Assembly (NCBI RefSeq): GCF_001194135.2
Contig: NC_068984.1
Span: 15,266,662-15,330,661, forward strand
Direction of reading: 5' to 3'
Source: Octopus bimaculoides
Lineage: Eukaryota
DNA: 64,000 nucleotides
Shown here piece by piece: positions 24,996 to 38,621 of this stretch. The stretch's first letter is position 1; the number at the start of each line of letters is the position of its first letter. Both the position numbers and the translations under genes were made by a program. Under the pieces are notes generated by a model, which searched no databases, was not told where the DNA came from, and saw only the letters and a program-made list of their open reading frames with translations.

Positions 24996-25284
24996 TCACA
25001 GTTTCTGTCTACCAAATCCACTTATACAGTGGGACTGAACCCTGGAGCCATATGGTCTGGAAGCAAGCTTGTTACCACACAGCCATGCCTAGACTATCAA
25101 ACTGTTTTGTTTAATGCTCAACATAGGGATGATGGTCAACTTCATTGGCCTTGTGGCAGAAATTGTGAAGAAGCCTTTTTTGATTTTTTCCAATTTCTTT
25201 TAGTCATGGGCTGCAACCATGCTGGACCACCACCTTGAAGGGTTTTGTTAAACGAATTAACCCCCAGTGCTTGTTTATTAAGTT

Positions 25285-25750
25285 TGGATGTGCAATGTCA
25301 GTGTGCATATACAACAGTGCATAAGTGTCTTGAGAGAAAAGTTGAGCATAAGAGGCATCAGATGTGGTGTGCAAGAGAGACGACTGTGCTGGTATGGTCA
25401 TGTGATGCATAAGGTTGAGGACAGCTGTGTAAAGAAGTGCCAATCTCTAACTGGAGGGAAGCTGTGGAAGGGGTAGACCCAGAAAGACATGGGATGAGGT
25501 AGTGAAGCATCTTCTTCGAACTTTGGGCTACATGGAGACAATGACAAGTGACCGAGACCTTTGGCAATATTCCGTGCTTGAGAAGACCCATCAAACTAAG
25601 TGAAATCATAGTCATGGCCGATGTCAGTGTCACATAGCTGACACCCGTATTGGTGGTACATAAAAAGTACCCTTCAAACGTTAGGCAATATGTTGTGCTT
25701 GAGAAGTAGACCCATCAAGCCAAGTGAAATTGTAGTCGTGGCCAATGCCA
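25285..25750 (+). mobile_element. RTE LINE 3' fragment
   Basis: MCNVSVH...LREKL.IRGIRCGVQERRLCWYGHV; homologous to 8560-8900 rc. Confidence 0.85.
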
Positions 25751-25799
25751 AATACATATTCTGGATAGGCTGTAGGTAACATTCGAAGGTTCTATGATA

Positions 25800-26276
25800 A
25801 TTATTTCTAGTTTCCAGGCTTATTGAAATAGAAGAGGATAAAGTGTTCTTTCTTAAATGCTAATACTTACTTGAAGAAGAAGGGACTGCTCCTGTGAACA
25901 CTGAAAGCTCTTCTAGGCTTGTTAAGTCAGTGGGGTTGTTTAGACTAAAATTGTGTATAGAAAATTTTAGCAGGGGACATTTTGAGGGATACAGTTCTAG
26001 CGAGATAGGATTTAGCGAAATGTTTAATATTGGGCAATAGGTGAGATGCAGAAATGGTGAGGGATAGGTAGTTCGCATATACAGCTCTTTCAGGTAAGCG
26101 AAAACCATTACAGTGAAAGAAATAGTGCATTTATATAGGTCACTGGCTATAGTATGTTAGTGAATGAATCTTTGCCAAATACTCAAATGGTTTTCTTTGA
26201 TATACAATCTAAGATATGTGCAAAGCAGCAACAACAGCACTGGCATATATATATATAGATATATATATATATATAC

Positions 26277-26329
<53 letters not shown>

Positions 26330-26707
26330 NNNNNNNNNNNNNNNNNNNNNNNNNNNNNNNNNNNNNNNNNNNNNNNNNNNNNNNNNNNNNNNNNNNNNNN
26401 NNNNNNNNNNNNNNNNNNNNNNNNNNNNNNNNNNNNNNNNNNNNNNNNNNNNNNNNNNNNNNNNNNNNNNNNNNNNNNNNNNNNNNNNNNNNNNNNNNNN
26501 NNNNNNNNNNNNNNNNNNNNNNNNNNNNNNNNNNNNNNNNNNNNNNNNNNNNNNNNNNNNNNNNNNNNNNNNNNNNNNNNNNNNNNNNNNNNNNNNNNNN
26601 NNNNNNNNNNNNNNNNNNNNNNNNNNNNNNNNNNNNNNNNNNNNNNNNNNNNNNNNNNNNNNNNNNNNNNNNNNNNNNNNNNNNNNNNNNNNNNNNNNNN
26701 NNNNNNN

Positions 26708-26740
<33 letters not shown>

Positions 26741-27480
26741 ATGAGGGTTTAGTTCACAGGTGGTCTAAACGATTAGCTACACTAGGTAAGTGCTCTTTCT
26801 TAAGATTACTAGGGCTCCAAGGTTATAGCCATTGTTTTAGCATCTATTTTTCATTGCTTCCATGGGGTCAGATAGACTTGGTTAAGGTAGATTTTCTATA
26901 CTCAGTTATTCTTTCTGCTGCTAACCCTCACCTGTTTCCAAGATGATATTTCTCCATGGCCAGACGTGTGTGTGTGTGTGAGTGTGTAACAGTAGCAAGG
27001 TCACTCTTGAGTTTTATCGAAAGTGAACAATGAGCAACTGAAATAATAAAGAAGCATTATCAGGTCTTGAAGAGGAAGGCTTGAGATGCAGTTTTTGCAA
27101 AGCAAGAATATGTGATTGCCATGAGAGACCAGATTGTGAGGCCAAACTTCTGTAGCTTGTTTAAAAATTTTTAGATGAACATTGTATGTAGTAATTCAGT
27201 CCTTGTGATAATAAAGGACATGATATATTTAAAAGATGTTTTTAGAATTTCTCTTCATAACGGTATGGTGTGAGATGTCTAAGATGTTTATTTGTAAGAG
27301 ATTATGGCTAAATGAATGGTGTATTATCTGCATAGCATGTGGTTAGAATTAACAATGTATAGAAGGAAGAAATTAGGAGAAATAACTGAACCTTGACATA
27401 CACCAAAGTCAAAAGAATACCAGTCAGTGAGTTCCTAGTTTAAAAACTTCAGACCCAGGAGATGGATGGAAGTTATATTT
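25800..27480 (-). mobile_element. Highly decayed CR1/Jockey-like LINE (RT remnant)
   Basis: rc of 27330-27430 gives FGVCQGSVISPNFFLLYI then frameshifted YADNT (GVPQGS and YADD motifs). Extent uncertain. Confidence 0.5.
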
Positions 27481-27490
27481 GGTTGGGGCA

Positions 27491-27716
27491 TAACTATTGT
27501 GGCTTTTTTAAAAAAAATTTTAGTCAACAGAAACAATAACAACATGTAACAAAAACATCTTTAAATGATTATTCCGGAGCCTATTTCACCATTTACTTCA
27601 ATTACTGCTTCCCATTTGCTTGGCAGATGGTCAGATCATCATTTAAAGATGTTTTTGTTAAATAGTGTTATTGTTTTTGTTGAATAAAATTTGTTGAGAA
27701 GAAACCACAATAATTA
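27491..27716. mobile_element. Foldback MITE (about 80-bp imperfect inverted arms, about 68-bp spacer)
   Basis: Arms 27491-27569 and 27638-27716; inner 24 bp (TAACAAAAACATCTTTAAATGAT region) match perfectly. Confidence 0.7.
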
Positions 27717-28224
27717 CACACCAACCCAATAGTTATGCAACTAAACTTGACAATTCCCATGTCAGGTCCAACCAAAGTCTTTGGGCAACAACATCGCTTT
27801 CAACAAAGTTTTCAGAAAAAGGGAGAGAGAGATCACTGGTGTGTGTGTGCGCGTGTTTTACTTTCCCGCTGATTCTGTTATAAGTATTTCACTGGTCAGT
27901 GTGTACACTCTATATTTGTAACAGTGGGGGACTTGATCTGCATGTTGATAATATTCTTCACCTGAATAAATGGAAGTAAACAAATTAGAAGTTTCGGAAT
28001 TGTTGATTCTGATTTTATGAGAAATCAAGAGACACACTTAAAAGAATGACATTGCTTTCAAATTTTGGTGCAGGGCCAGCAATTTCATGGCAGTGACTAA
28101 GTCTCAACTGGTACTTATTTTATCAACTCCGAAACAATGAAAGGCAAAGTAGACCTTGGTGGAGTTTGAACTCAGAATGTAAAGATGGACGAAATGCCAC
28201 TAAGCATTTTGCCCTGTGTTTGTG

Positions 28225-28920
28225 GGAGATGTGAGAAAGGAGCTGGAGGGCTGGTGGAACCAATGGAAATGTTATGTGACAAGGTGGAAATGGTGAGAGG
28301 GTTTTGTTATTTGGGAGATGTAGTGGATGTGAAGCAGCTGTGACATCAAGAGCAAAACTTGACTGGGTGAAGTTCAGGGGATGTGGACCACTGTTATATG
28401 GGAAAAGGTTCTCATTGAAGACGAAAGGAAGAGTCTATAGTTGTGTGAGAGCTGTAAGGCTGTATGGGAGTGAGACATGGTGTCTGAGGGAGAGAAAGAT
28501 GACAATTTTGAGAAGGACTGAGAGAGCAATGGTGAGAGAAATGTGTGGTGTGAGGCTGTTTGATAAGAGGAGGACTGTGGACTTGATGGGGATGCTGGGG
28601 TTGGATGAATTGCTGGAACGGCCGGCATGGATGAATGGAGTGCAGTGGTATGGGCATGTGTTGAGGGATGAGGAGCAGGTTCTGAGGTGGGTGCTTGGGT
28701 TTGAGGTAAATGGACCGCGGAAGTAAGGTAGACTGAGAAAAACGTGGAGGGGACAGGTGGAGGAGGAGATTGAGAGGGTCGGCTTGAGAAGGGAAGACGC
28801 CCAAAACTGAGCACAATGTGAGTTGGTGTGAGGGCGGTTGCTATGGCATTGAGGTAGATCCAGCCACCCCCGTTAATGGGGACAAAACCCGGATTTAAAA
28901 CACTGAATGATGATGATGAT
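28225..28920 (+). mobile_element. RTE-like LINE 3' fragment, second subfamily
   Basis: FCYLGD, YGSETWCL, QWYGHVLR, KTW; ends in (TGA)n. Confidence 0.85.
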
Positions 28921-30364
28921 ATACATACATATTCTATACTCTTCACTCTTTTACTTGTTTCAGTCATTTGACTGCGGCCATGCTGGAGCACCACCTTTAG
29001 TCGAGCAAATCGACCCCAGGACTTATTCTGACATTGAATGATGATGATATGTACTCTAATCAATTCAAAGATGACATAACTATTTTATTCTTCCCAGCGT
29101 CTTATATTCATACCACGAGTCCTAATTGGACATCAAGTAGACAAAATCTTATAATCCCTTTGAAGAACTGTCTACTGAATTCAAGAAGTAAATTCGTTAT
29201 CATCATTATCCTCATCATTTTAACATCCATTTTTACATGCTGGTATGGTGGGACAGGATGTGTCCTTCATGAGATTTTTTTTTTCCTTCCTTCCTTTCTT
29301 AGAAACTGAATAGAAATTGAATTATCAGAACAACCTTTATGAGGTTAAATGAGGAATTGTTGTTGGTTATGGAATTGGAAGACTTAAGTGAAGGAAGTAG
29401 TTCCAGGTAATTGCAAATCTGAGGAGGAATGTTTGCGGGGAAAATGTTTAGTACAGGTCTAGGAAGTAAAGTACCTTGGGTATTGAGAAGAGATGAGTTT
29501 AGCAGATTTACTTGAGATTCCATTGTAATATCGCTTGAGGAAGATAGAAAGTAGTTTAGCTTTTAAGCTGTACCTATCAGGAATTTTTTTGTTAAAGCTA
29601 TTTTATATGACAAATGTGGGCTATTCAAGGTTTGTGAACATGATTTTGTTTCTTGAGCAGATGTTCATCATCATCATCGTTTAACGTCCGCTTTCCATGC
29701 TAGCATAGGTTGGATGATTTGACTGAGAACTGACAAGCCAGAAGGCTGCACCAGGCTCCAATCTGATCTGGCAGAGTTTCTACAGCTAGATGCCCTTCCT
29801 AACGCCAACCACTCAGAGAGTGTAGTGGGTGCTTTTATGTGCCACCGGCACGAGGGCCAGTCCAGCGGTACTGGCAACGGCCTCGCTCAAAAGATGTTTT
29901 TTACATGCCACCAGCACAAGTGCTAGAAGGCGATGTTGGTAACAATTACACTCAAATGGTGCTATTTACGGGCCTGGTTTTCAACTACACAAAAGCTGAA
30001 GTATTTTTTGGCATAAAGGGAAATTCAAATATATTGACGGAATTATCCAGATATTATTGCTACTACTATTACCTACAAGCTATTTTATGATGGTTTAGGT
30101 TTGCAAGTTCATTGTTTAGAGATATGTTTGGGTTTTGACTTAAAATGTTCCTAAAATGGTGAGATTCTTTTATACAATGTTTTAACCTTTTTAATAACAA
30201 CCTGCTTGAGACCACTTCTGGTTCTGTTATACATCATTTTCTTAAAGTGATCTAAATTAAAACTTTCCATCAAAATTTCATGTCAATTTATGTTCCAAAT
30301 ACCATCTTCATAATTTTAAAGAAGTTTTTCATTATGTTCAAAATTAATTAAAACAAAAATAGTG

Positions 30365-30650
30365 TGAACAGGATAAGCTACCACTATTTTTGCAGAAAAA
30401 AGTGTTGGCGGCCAGCTATGAGACTCGAACTCACACCTCCCTGCTCATGGAGGTGTGAGTTCGAGTTTCATAGCTGGTTGCTAGCACTTTTTTCTGCAAA
30501 AATAGGGGTAGCTTATCCTGTTCAGGCTATGTTATTAGCATTATCCTGTGTTTGAGAATTTAAAATCACTTCTTTAACTTTCTAAGACATCTCAACGCTT
30601 CTAAAAGCAAACTTCATTTGTTTGTTTATGTTCATTGTAATTTGAATTTA
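30365..30650. mobile_element. Palindromic repeat centred on tRNA-like 3' halves
   Basis: 76-bp arms 30365-30440 and 30449-30524 around loop CTGCTCAT. Right side continues to about 30650 and matches the 7268-7472 copy. Confidence 0.8.
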
Positions 30651-32639
30651 AAAATAGTGTTTCAAAAAAATATAGTAACAAAAGAGATAATCATGTTTAC
30701 AATTAGAAGTTGAATAGGGTATAAGATAGGGGTGGGTCATTCCATTAAGGTTGAGAGTAGGTGAGAGATTGACAAAGAAGAAAAATACTACAATGACACC
30801 TTTCAGGAACACTTTTATTTATTGAGCTAACCAGAGGGGCCTCAACCTGGAAGAATTAGCCCCCATATCTCTCTCTCAAATGACTCTGTAGTGTCTTTAT
30901 AAAAGGAAGACTACATCTTAGGTATACTGTCTGGAAATAAAATTTAAAAAAACAGACACTAGGATTGTCATACGAGAACATCACCTTTTGATTAAAGGTC
31001 TGCTTTAGCAGGATGACCTAGGGCTAAATAAAAACAAAAACAAAAGTTATTAAGGTTTGAATCAGAAAGGGCTCCATTGACACAGTGAGGGGGCTGTTGA
31101 TTTAGATAATAGCAGGGAATTACTTCTGAGTAAGGAATATGCTTTTAACAAATTCAATCAAAGATGAAATCAATGTTTAAGGAACTGATTTTATATTTAC
31201 TAGTCTCAGCAGAGAGAGGGCGCTGCTGATGGCTTTTTCAGGGCCTTTAAGTTTGGAGGGTGAACATAATCCCCCTGACTGGAGAGCTGACCCAGATGCC
31301 TATAGCAGAGTGGACTCCGCTAAAGCCAACAAATGGCCAAGTGTTCATGTTAAACTAAGCAATGGATTGAGTCTACCACCCCAAAACAGAAATGGTTTAT
31401 CAGGGCTTCCACATAGTTTCTATCTACTAAATTTCATTCACACAGCTTTGGCTGACTAATGGATGTGGCAGAAGAAACTAGCCCAAGGTTTTGTGCATTA
31501 AAATTGAACCTGAGACCATGTAGTTATGAAGAAAACTTAACCACACAGCCATATTTATGATGTATGAAGTAACGTAGACTCAATAAGATGTAACTGTTAT
31601 TTATATCTTCCATTACCTTAAATATGATAAACATTGAAAGTAATTAGTATGTAATCAAGTGATAAGCCTACATCTCTTTAAAGTGGAGTTCACAGTTCTG
31701 TGTTTCCATATTTTGGGCTAGCAATGAGAGGTTAAATAATTGGGTGAACACGAGAGCCAACTAAGAAGTGTTTAAAGGTGATGGCTGGAATGCCATTGTG
31801 AATAGTCACTTGGTTTCTGTTGAGAAATTGGCAGATTTGTTGTGCTTTCGTAACTGAAGCTATATCTATGGAGAGAGAAGGAAGTTATGAGTAGAGTGAG
31901 AAGCAAAGTGAAAGGTAAATATATTGGCATTTGCAGTGGGTGTTCTTTTCATAGACCCATCAGGGTTTGGCTGTTGTAGGTAGGGTGATGTAGTTGGCAA
32001 GAAACCAGAATGTATAACTGCAATTGGGGGGAAAAAAGAAGAAAAATGTAGTAACATTTATTTTCCTGATGGTCTGTTTGTAAAATTAGCAACTGGATAC
32101 CAAAGATTGATGGCTAGCTTTAGTGAGAAAAATATTCTGATTTTGTTTGAACAGCAACAGAACAACTTTAACCAAGAACTTTGTTGATATTGGATTATAA
32201 AATCTATGTAAGATATTTAGTTATTTCAATGGAAACAATTTCTGTTGTAATTTTATCAATTTCTTAAATATCAGGTGTGAAATATACCTGCTGTTGTTAC
32301 AAGAGTAGACAGGAAAGAATTTGCACAGATAAAAACATTTTGTTGTACCTTTGTATATGAATCTGATGTCTTATTTGTCTATCTTGGTGCTGGCATGGCT
32401 TTTGGGGTTTAGAAATTTACTTCTTTAGTTATGTGTGGTTTTAGGTTCAGTCCCACTGCATAGCATCTAGGACAAACGTCTTCTGCTATAGTCCTGAGCC
32501 AATGAAAGCCTTACGAGTCAATTTGATAGATGGAAATTCAAAGACGCTTGCCAGGTGAACGTGTGTGTGTGTGTGTGCGCGCAGATATGTATGTGCACAT
32601 ATGTATATATTGTGTGTGTGTTCATATGAATGTGTGTGT

Positions 32640-32925
32640 GTATATATATGTGTGTAGATATGTATGTATAAATAGATTTATATATATTTGTAGATATGTA
32701 TATATAAATAGATTTATATGTGTGTGTAAATATGCATGTATAAATAGATTTATATGTATATGTAGATATGTATGTATAAATAGATTTATATGTGTGTGTA
32801 AATGTGCATGTATAAATAGATTTATATGTGTGTGTAGATATGTACATATAAATAAATTTATGTGTGTGTAGATATGTATGTATAAATAGATTTATAGGTG
32901 TGTGTAGATATGTATAAATAGATTG
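32640..32925 (+). repeat. Minisatellite of about 34-46 bp units
   Basis: GTAGATATGTATGTATAAATAGATTTATAT(GT)n repeated about 7 times. Confidence 0.85.
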
Positions 32926-33516
32926 ATATATGTGTGTTTGTGCTGTCTCTTCTTGACATCACATGATAGTTGTAAACAAGTATCCCTGTTATACAAGCCA
33001 AGTCATTTGTTTCCAATCTTTCTTGTAAACATATCCAGTCATGGGGAAATCTAACCATGGCTGGACAAAAGTGGGAGTTGACAACAGGAATTGCAGCTGA
33101 CCATAGAAAAATCTACCTCAGCAAATTCCACTTGACCCATGCAAGCAAGGCAAAACAGACATTAATATTATTATTATTAATGCAATTATTACACTTGTTG
33201 TTGTTACTAAGGCAGAAAATGTATCAAGCTGGCAGAATCATTGGCATGCCAGGCAAAGCGCTTATTGGCATTTCGTTTGTCATTACATTCTGATTTAGAA
33301 ATAATACATTTCTAAATCTCTCAGAGAGATTTATGCAGTAGTGATACGATGAAGTAGTTGTATGCTGTCAACTTAATGTGACAGTCCCCTGAAGGGAATA
33401 ATACTACTGTTGTTTAGACCTAGGAAGCTGCACCGCTTCCTGTCGGCCGTGACACATTTCCTGAGTCCTTATGTTTACAAGGGGGAGACAAGCACCTCCA
33501 TCCAGCTAAGCCTGCA

Positions 33517-33559
33517 TCCAGAGACATGTTTCTGAGTCTTTGCTCGTCATCAGTCTGGA
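33517..33559 (-). ncRNA. Minimal type I hammerhead ribozyme fold
   Basis: rc: TCCAGA-CTGATGA-c-GAG-caaaga-CTC-a-GAAA-C-AT-GTC-TCTGGA. Perfect 6-bp stem I, intact core, GUC triplet, palindromic ACATGT stem III. Confidence 0.75.
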
Positions 33560-35966
33560 GTAGCAAGATTGGATCTACAGTCTGTATTGGATTTGGTACC
33601 TATTTATATACATACCTGTTGTACACTACCAGCAAATGACACCAAATGGTTGTTTTTACCTTACTCTGATCTCTATGTTATGGCACCTAGCCAGTCCCAG
33701 CATCCTACATGTTGATGTGCCTAGATTCCAATGAATCCTCTAACTAATCAATATGTTCCAAATACTCTTTTCTATTCTACTCTAGGCACAAGGCCCGAAA
33801 ATTTTGGGGAGGGTGCCAGTCGATTAGATCGACTCCAGTATGCGACTGGTACTTAATTTATTGATTACGAAAGGATGAAAGGCAAAGTCAACCTTGGTGG
33901 AATTTGAACTCAGAATGTAAAGACAGATGAAATACCGCTAAACATTTTGCCTGGCGTGCTAGCGTTTCTGCCACCTCGCCACCTAATATGTTCCAAATAT
34001 TAATATACTTCTGTATACCAAGAATAATGAATTGCAAAGAATGATGGAAAAGGAGCTAGTGATAGATGTAAAGAGAAATGGAATGAGCTGGCTGGACCAT
34101 GTCCAGAAGAAAGATGAAAGTGATCAGGCCAGGTGAGAGAAGTATTGGAAATGAATGCAAAATGAAGAAGAGGAGGGGAAAGACCCACAAAGACATGGTT
34201 AATGAAAACAAGGGTTTGAGAAAGAGTCTTGTAGAAAATAGAAAAGATTTTCACAGGGCTTGTAGGGGAAAATGGCCTTAAAACAATGGTTTATCAAAAT
34301 CATATCAAAGTTGATTTTTGCTTTTTCATACTCTAAAGATCAATAAAATAGGCTTGTTGTTTAGCCCTCAAGCAGCCCAATGACCAAAGGCATTCCAACT
34401 GTGACCACCTTGTCCTTTTATTATCTAGAACCACATTAACTAATGAAGGGAGTAGTTTGAGGGAGATTTGGTCACTACTAAATCTCCTTCAAATCACACT
34501 CTAAGGTCATTAAGTAATGTACTGAGATTTAAAATATAAGTCCTGTTCCACACATTTGTAATAATGTGAAAAATCAATACAAATTACATTGGAGGCTGTT
34601 GTTATGTGTGATAGGAAATTTAGGTTTGTCTGAGAGTTGTGGTAATAAACTAAAACTGAGAGGGTCCTACAGGAGTCAAAGCTGTGGGGCTGCTGTAAAG
34701 ATGGCATGGAGAAATGCTCTGTTAATAATTGAGAATTACTTGTGAATAAATATAGAAAGTATAGACTTGGAGGTTTTATACAGGTTTTCAATTCTTTTTT
34801 ACCAAATACCTAAGTTATTGATCTTTTGAGATTTAAAAAAAAAACAAATCAATTGTTTCTTTTCTTGCATCATTCATTTTAGAAAGTCACTAAACTTGTA
34901 ACCAAACAATTATGGAGTGACATATTGGCATTAGTTCAAAGTAGTAGCTAATTGGCACCATTTCAATTGTACAAAATAACTTCCAATGTGGACTTACTAG
35001 ATTCACTTCTAGATTTTCTAAACTTACAAATCATTCTATGACGTAAAATGAAATTCTTATTTTCTGATTTTCACAAGATTATTGGTTACTAAAATTAAAT
35101 CTGAGTCAGTCCGACGTGAGAATGTTTTCACTACATTTTTTTTTAACTTCACCTCTATCTGTTGGATAGATCACATGAATAACTTACCGAAAACTGGGTT
35201 TGAACTTCCTTCCTCTACAATCAAAAAATGCCATAATTGTTGTGGTTTGTTCATGAATCTGGAATTTCAACAGGAGTGCTATATTTTACATGTTCTTTCA
35301 ATAAATTATGAAGCTACAATAATTCAAAATGTTCTTAGATTGTTTCAGATAATTTGGTTAAAGAGTCAAACCATTATTTATTTATAAAAGCATTTCCTTC
35401 AGAATGTTAATATCAATAATAATGATTGAATTATTAATATATCCTTGTAATAGGGTGGTCAGCTGGCAGAATTATTGGCACACTGGACAGTATACTTAGT
35501 GGCATTTCGTCCCATCTTTCTTCCTTCGCCTCTCTTCCTTTTGGGGTCAATAAATTAAGTACTGGTCAAGCACTGGAGGTCAGTGTAATTGTCTTACCAC
35601 TTTCCACAAAAGTTACTGGCCTTGTGCTAAAATTTGAAAAATGTTTCCTTGTAGTGAGAATGTCTTGAGGTTAATATAAAACATTGCTTGAGTTTTATTT
35701 TAACTTCTTTTTCTTTCAAATATGAAATTGTATTGTGTTTTCACCAGTCTCACTTGTAAGATTTTTCCCATGCTGGAGCATCGTCTTCAAAGGTTTTAGC
35801 CAATCATATCAACTCCAGTACTTATTTTAGTCTGGTACTTCTTTTATCAATCTCTATTTATCAATTTTTCTAAGTTAACTTTTAATGAAAAGAGAGGCAA
35901 TTCAATGTATAAGCCCCCCCCCCACACACACACGCTTGTGTGCATAAATATCTATATTTTTTTACC

Positions 35967-36353
35967 ATTTTATTTGTTTCAGTCATTTGACTGCGGCCAT
36001 GCTGGAGCACCGCCTTTAGTCGAACAAATCGCCCCCAGGACTTGTTCTTCGTAAGCCTAGTACTTATTCTATTGGTCTCTTTTGCCAATCTGCTAAGTTA
36101 CAGGGACGTAAACACACCAGCATCGGTTGTCAAGCAATGGGGGGGGGCAAACACAGACAGACAAACCTACACACACACACACATATATATATGATGAGCT
36201 TCTTTCAGTTTCTGTCTACCAAATCCACTCACAAAGCTTTGGTTGCCCCAAGGTTGTTATAGAAGGCACTTGCCCAAGGTGTCACATAGTGGGACTGAAC
36301 CCAAACCATGTGGTTGGTAAGGAAGCTACTTATCACACAGCCACTCCTGCACC
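35967..36353 (-). mobile_element. tRNA-derived SINE family A, full length
   Basis: Collinear with the reverse complement of 21028-21405. Confidence 0.85.
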
Positions 36354-38364
36354 TATATGTAGAGTAAGTGAATAAAGCAATGGCATATCTGATATTATAA
36401 TAAAATACATATTTTCATACTGGGACACATTGGGTTTCTGCAAATGTACTGCACTTGTGTATGTATGCAATGGTTATCTATGCAGTTTCCATCTCCCAAA
36501 TTCCACTCATAAAATACACTACAGATTGCAGGCGAGGGTGCTTGCTGAAGGTGCCATGCAGGGAAACTTATCCAGAATCACATGGTTTATAAAATGAACT
36601 TCTTAACCATTCAGCTATGCCTGTCCCTACTGTGCAAACATTTCCCCCAAAATAGTTTTGCTAGTAATAAATAATGAATAAGCTAAAATATCTGTATGCC
36701 ATTTCCTGTTGAATATTTCTCGTACAGGAAGGAAAATGAAGACATAAAATGATGACTGTTGTTGCTGTTGTTGTTGCTGAGTAGCCGTGATGATGTTTAC
36801 TTCAGTAGATCTGCCACAAAGATAACTGATTGAAGAATCAATTGATCAGTGTTTTAGCTGTAGACATTTTTGATTTTAATGTAGGAGTGTTGCAGTAATA
36901 AGCAGACTTCATTGTAAAAAAAACTAAGTAGTTTGATGAGGGAGAGTTAGCTGCAATATCGAACAGGTTGGGCAATTTATATAGAGTATGAATTATTTGC
37001 TCATTCTTGTATATGTGTGTTTCAAGGCCATTTTGTCCCTACTAAATCAGGGGTGAGCCTTGCAAACCCTGTAAAAATCTTTCCTATTTTGCCCTATTTT
37101 CTACAAGACCCCTTCTCAACCCTTTGCTTTTATTAACCTTGTCTTTCTTGGTCTTCTCCTTCCTCTTCTTCATTTTCATCAATTCTCTCACCTGGTCACA
37201 TTCATCTTTCTTCAGGACATGGTCCAGCGACCTCATTCCATTTCTCTTTACCCTCTTTCCACCATTCTTTGCAATTCACCTCTCTTGGTATCTTTTATCT
37301 TTTACTTGTTTCAGTCATTAGACTGCAGCCTTGCTGGGTCACCACCTTGAAGAATTTTAGTCAAACGAATCCTCCACCCCCCACCCACCCACCAGGACTT
37401 ATTTTTTTTAAAGCTTGGTACTTATTCTATCAGTTTCTTGACCAAGCCACTAAGTTACAAGGACATAAACAAACCAACACTGGTTGCCAAGCAGTGGTGG
37501 GGGATCAAACACAGACACAAAGACACACACATACACACAGGCATATGCACACGTGCATGTCTGCACACACACACACACACACACACGCACCACCGTCGTC
37601 ATCATCATCATCATTTAACATCTGCTTTCCATGCTGGCATGGGTTGGACGGTTTGACAGGAGCTGGTTAGGCAGAAGACTACACCAGGCTTCAGTGTCTG
37701 TTTTTGGCATGGTTTTTATGGTTGGATGCCCATGACGGACGTCTTTTAGTTTCCGTCTGCCAAATCCACTCACAAAGATTTGGTTGGCTTGGGGCCACAC
37801 CATGGGACGGAACCAAGAACCACATGATTGGGAAGCAAAGTTCTTACCACACAGCCATGAGTGAAGTATATTAATATCCTTTTCTACTCTAGGCATAAGA
37901 CCTGAAATTTTGGGGTAGGGGCCCAGTCGATTAGATCGACCCAAGTATGCAACTAGTACTCAATTTATCAACCCCGAAAAGATGAAAGGCAAAGTTGACC
38001 TTGGTGGAATTTGAACTCAGAACGTAACGGCAGACGAAATACCGCTAAGCATTTCACCCGGCATGCTAACGTTTCTGCCACCTTGCCACCCTGAAGTATA
38101 TTAATATTGTGATCCAGATGGGTTGTTTAAACTGGCACATCATAATCAGCAGCAGCATTTTAATGGCTACTTTTCTGTGCTTGTATGGGTCAGATGAATC
38201 TATGTTGGAATAGTTTTTTTTACAACCAGATTTCCTTCCCCGCCCCAACTCAGCTGTTTCCAGGCCAGGTAATAAATTCTCCAGTGTATAAATAACAAAC
38301 AGCTCAGACATAATCACACAGGAAACTGGAAACAAACAACACCATTTCAATGTGTCTTTTGTTT

Positions 38365-38592
38365 TTACATTTACATTTGACGGATATTTGTCCTCATCTT
38401 GTTTGTTGTTAACACAACATTTCAGCTGATGTACTCTCCAGCCTTCATCAGGTGTCTTGGGGGAAATTTTGAACCTGGGTTCTCATTCCTAAGGTATTTT
38501 TTGATGTTATTATTATTCAGGTCACCACCTGGAACCAAACTTGGAATCTTGGGGTTAGTAGCCCACGCTCTTAATTTTTATGCCATATGCCC
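38365..38592 (-). mobile_element. tRNA-head/hammerhead element (putative Penelope pLTR) 29 nt after the GIY-YIG stop
   Basis: Same family as 3980-4450. Hammerhead 38456-38411: GACAC CTGATGA A GGCTG..CAGCT GAAAT GTT GTGTT. Confidence 0.8.
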
Positions 38593-38621
38593 ATGGGCAA
38601 TTATGGAGTGAATTTTAAGGC

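Noticed and set aside
36728-36966. Exon-like segment (CGTACAG acceptor, CAG|GTTGGG donor)
   Set aside because: Stops in all three frames and no homology. It could only be a UTR exon, which sequence alone cannot support.
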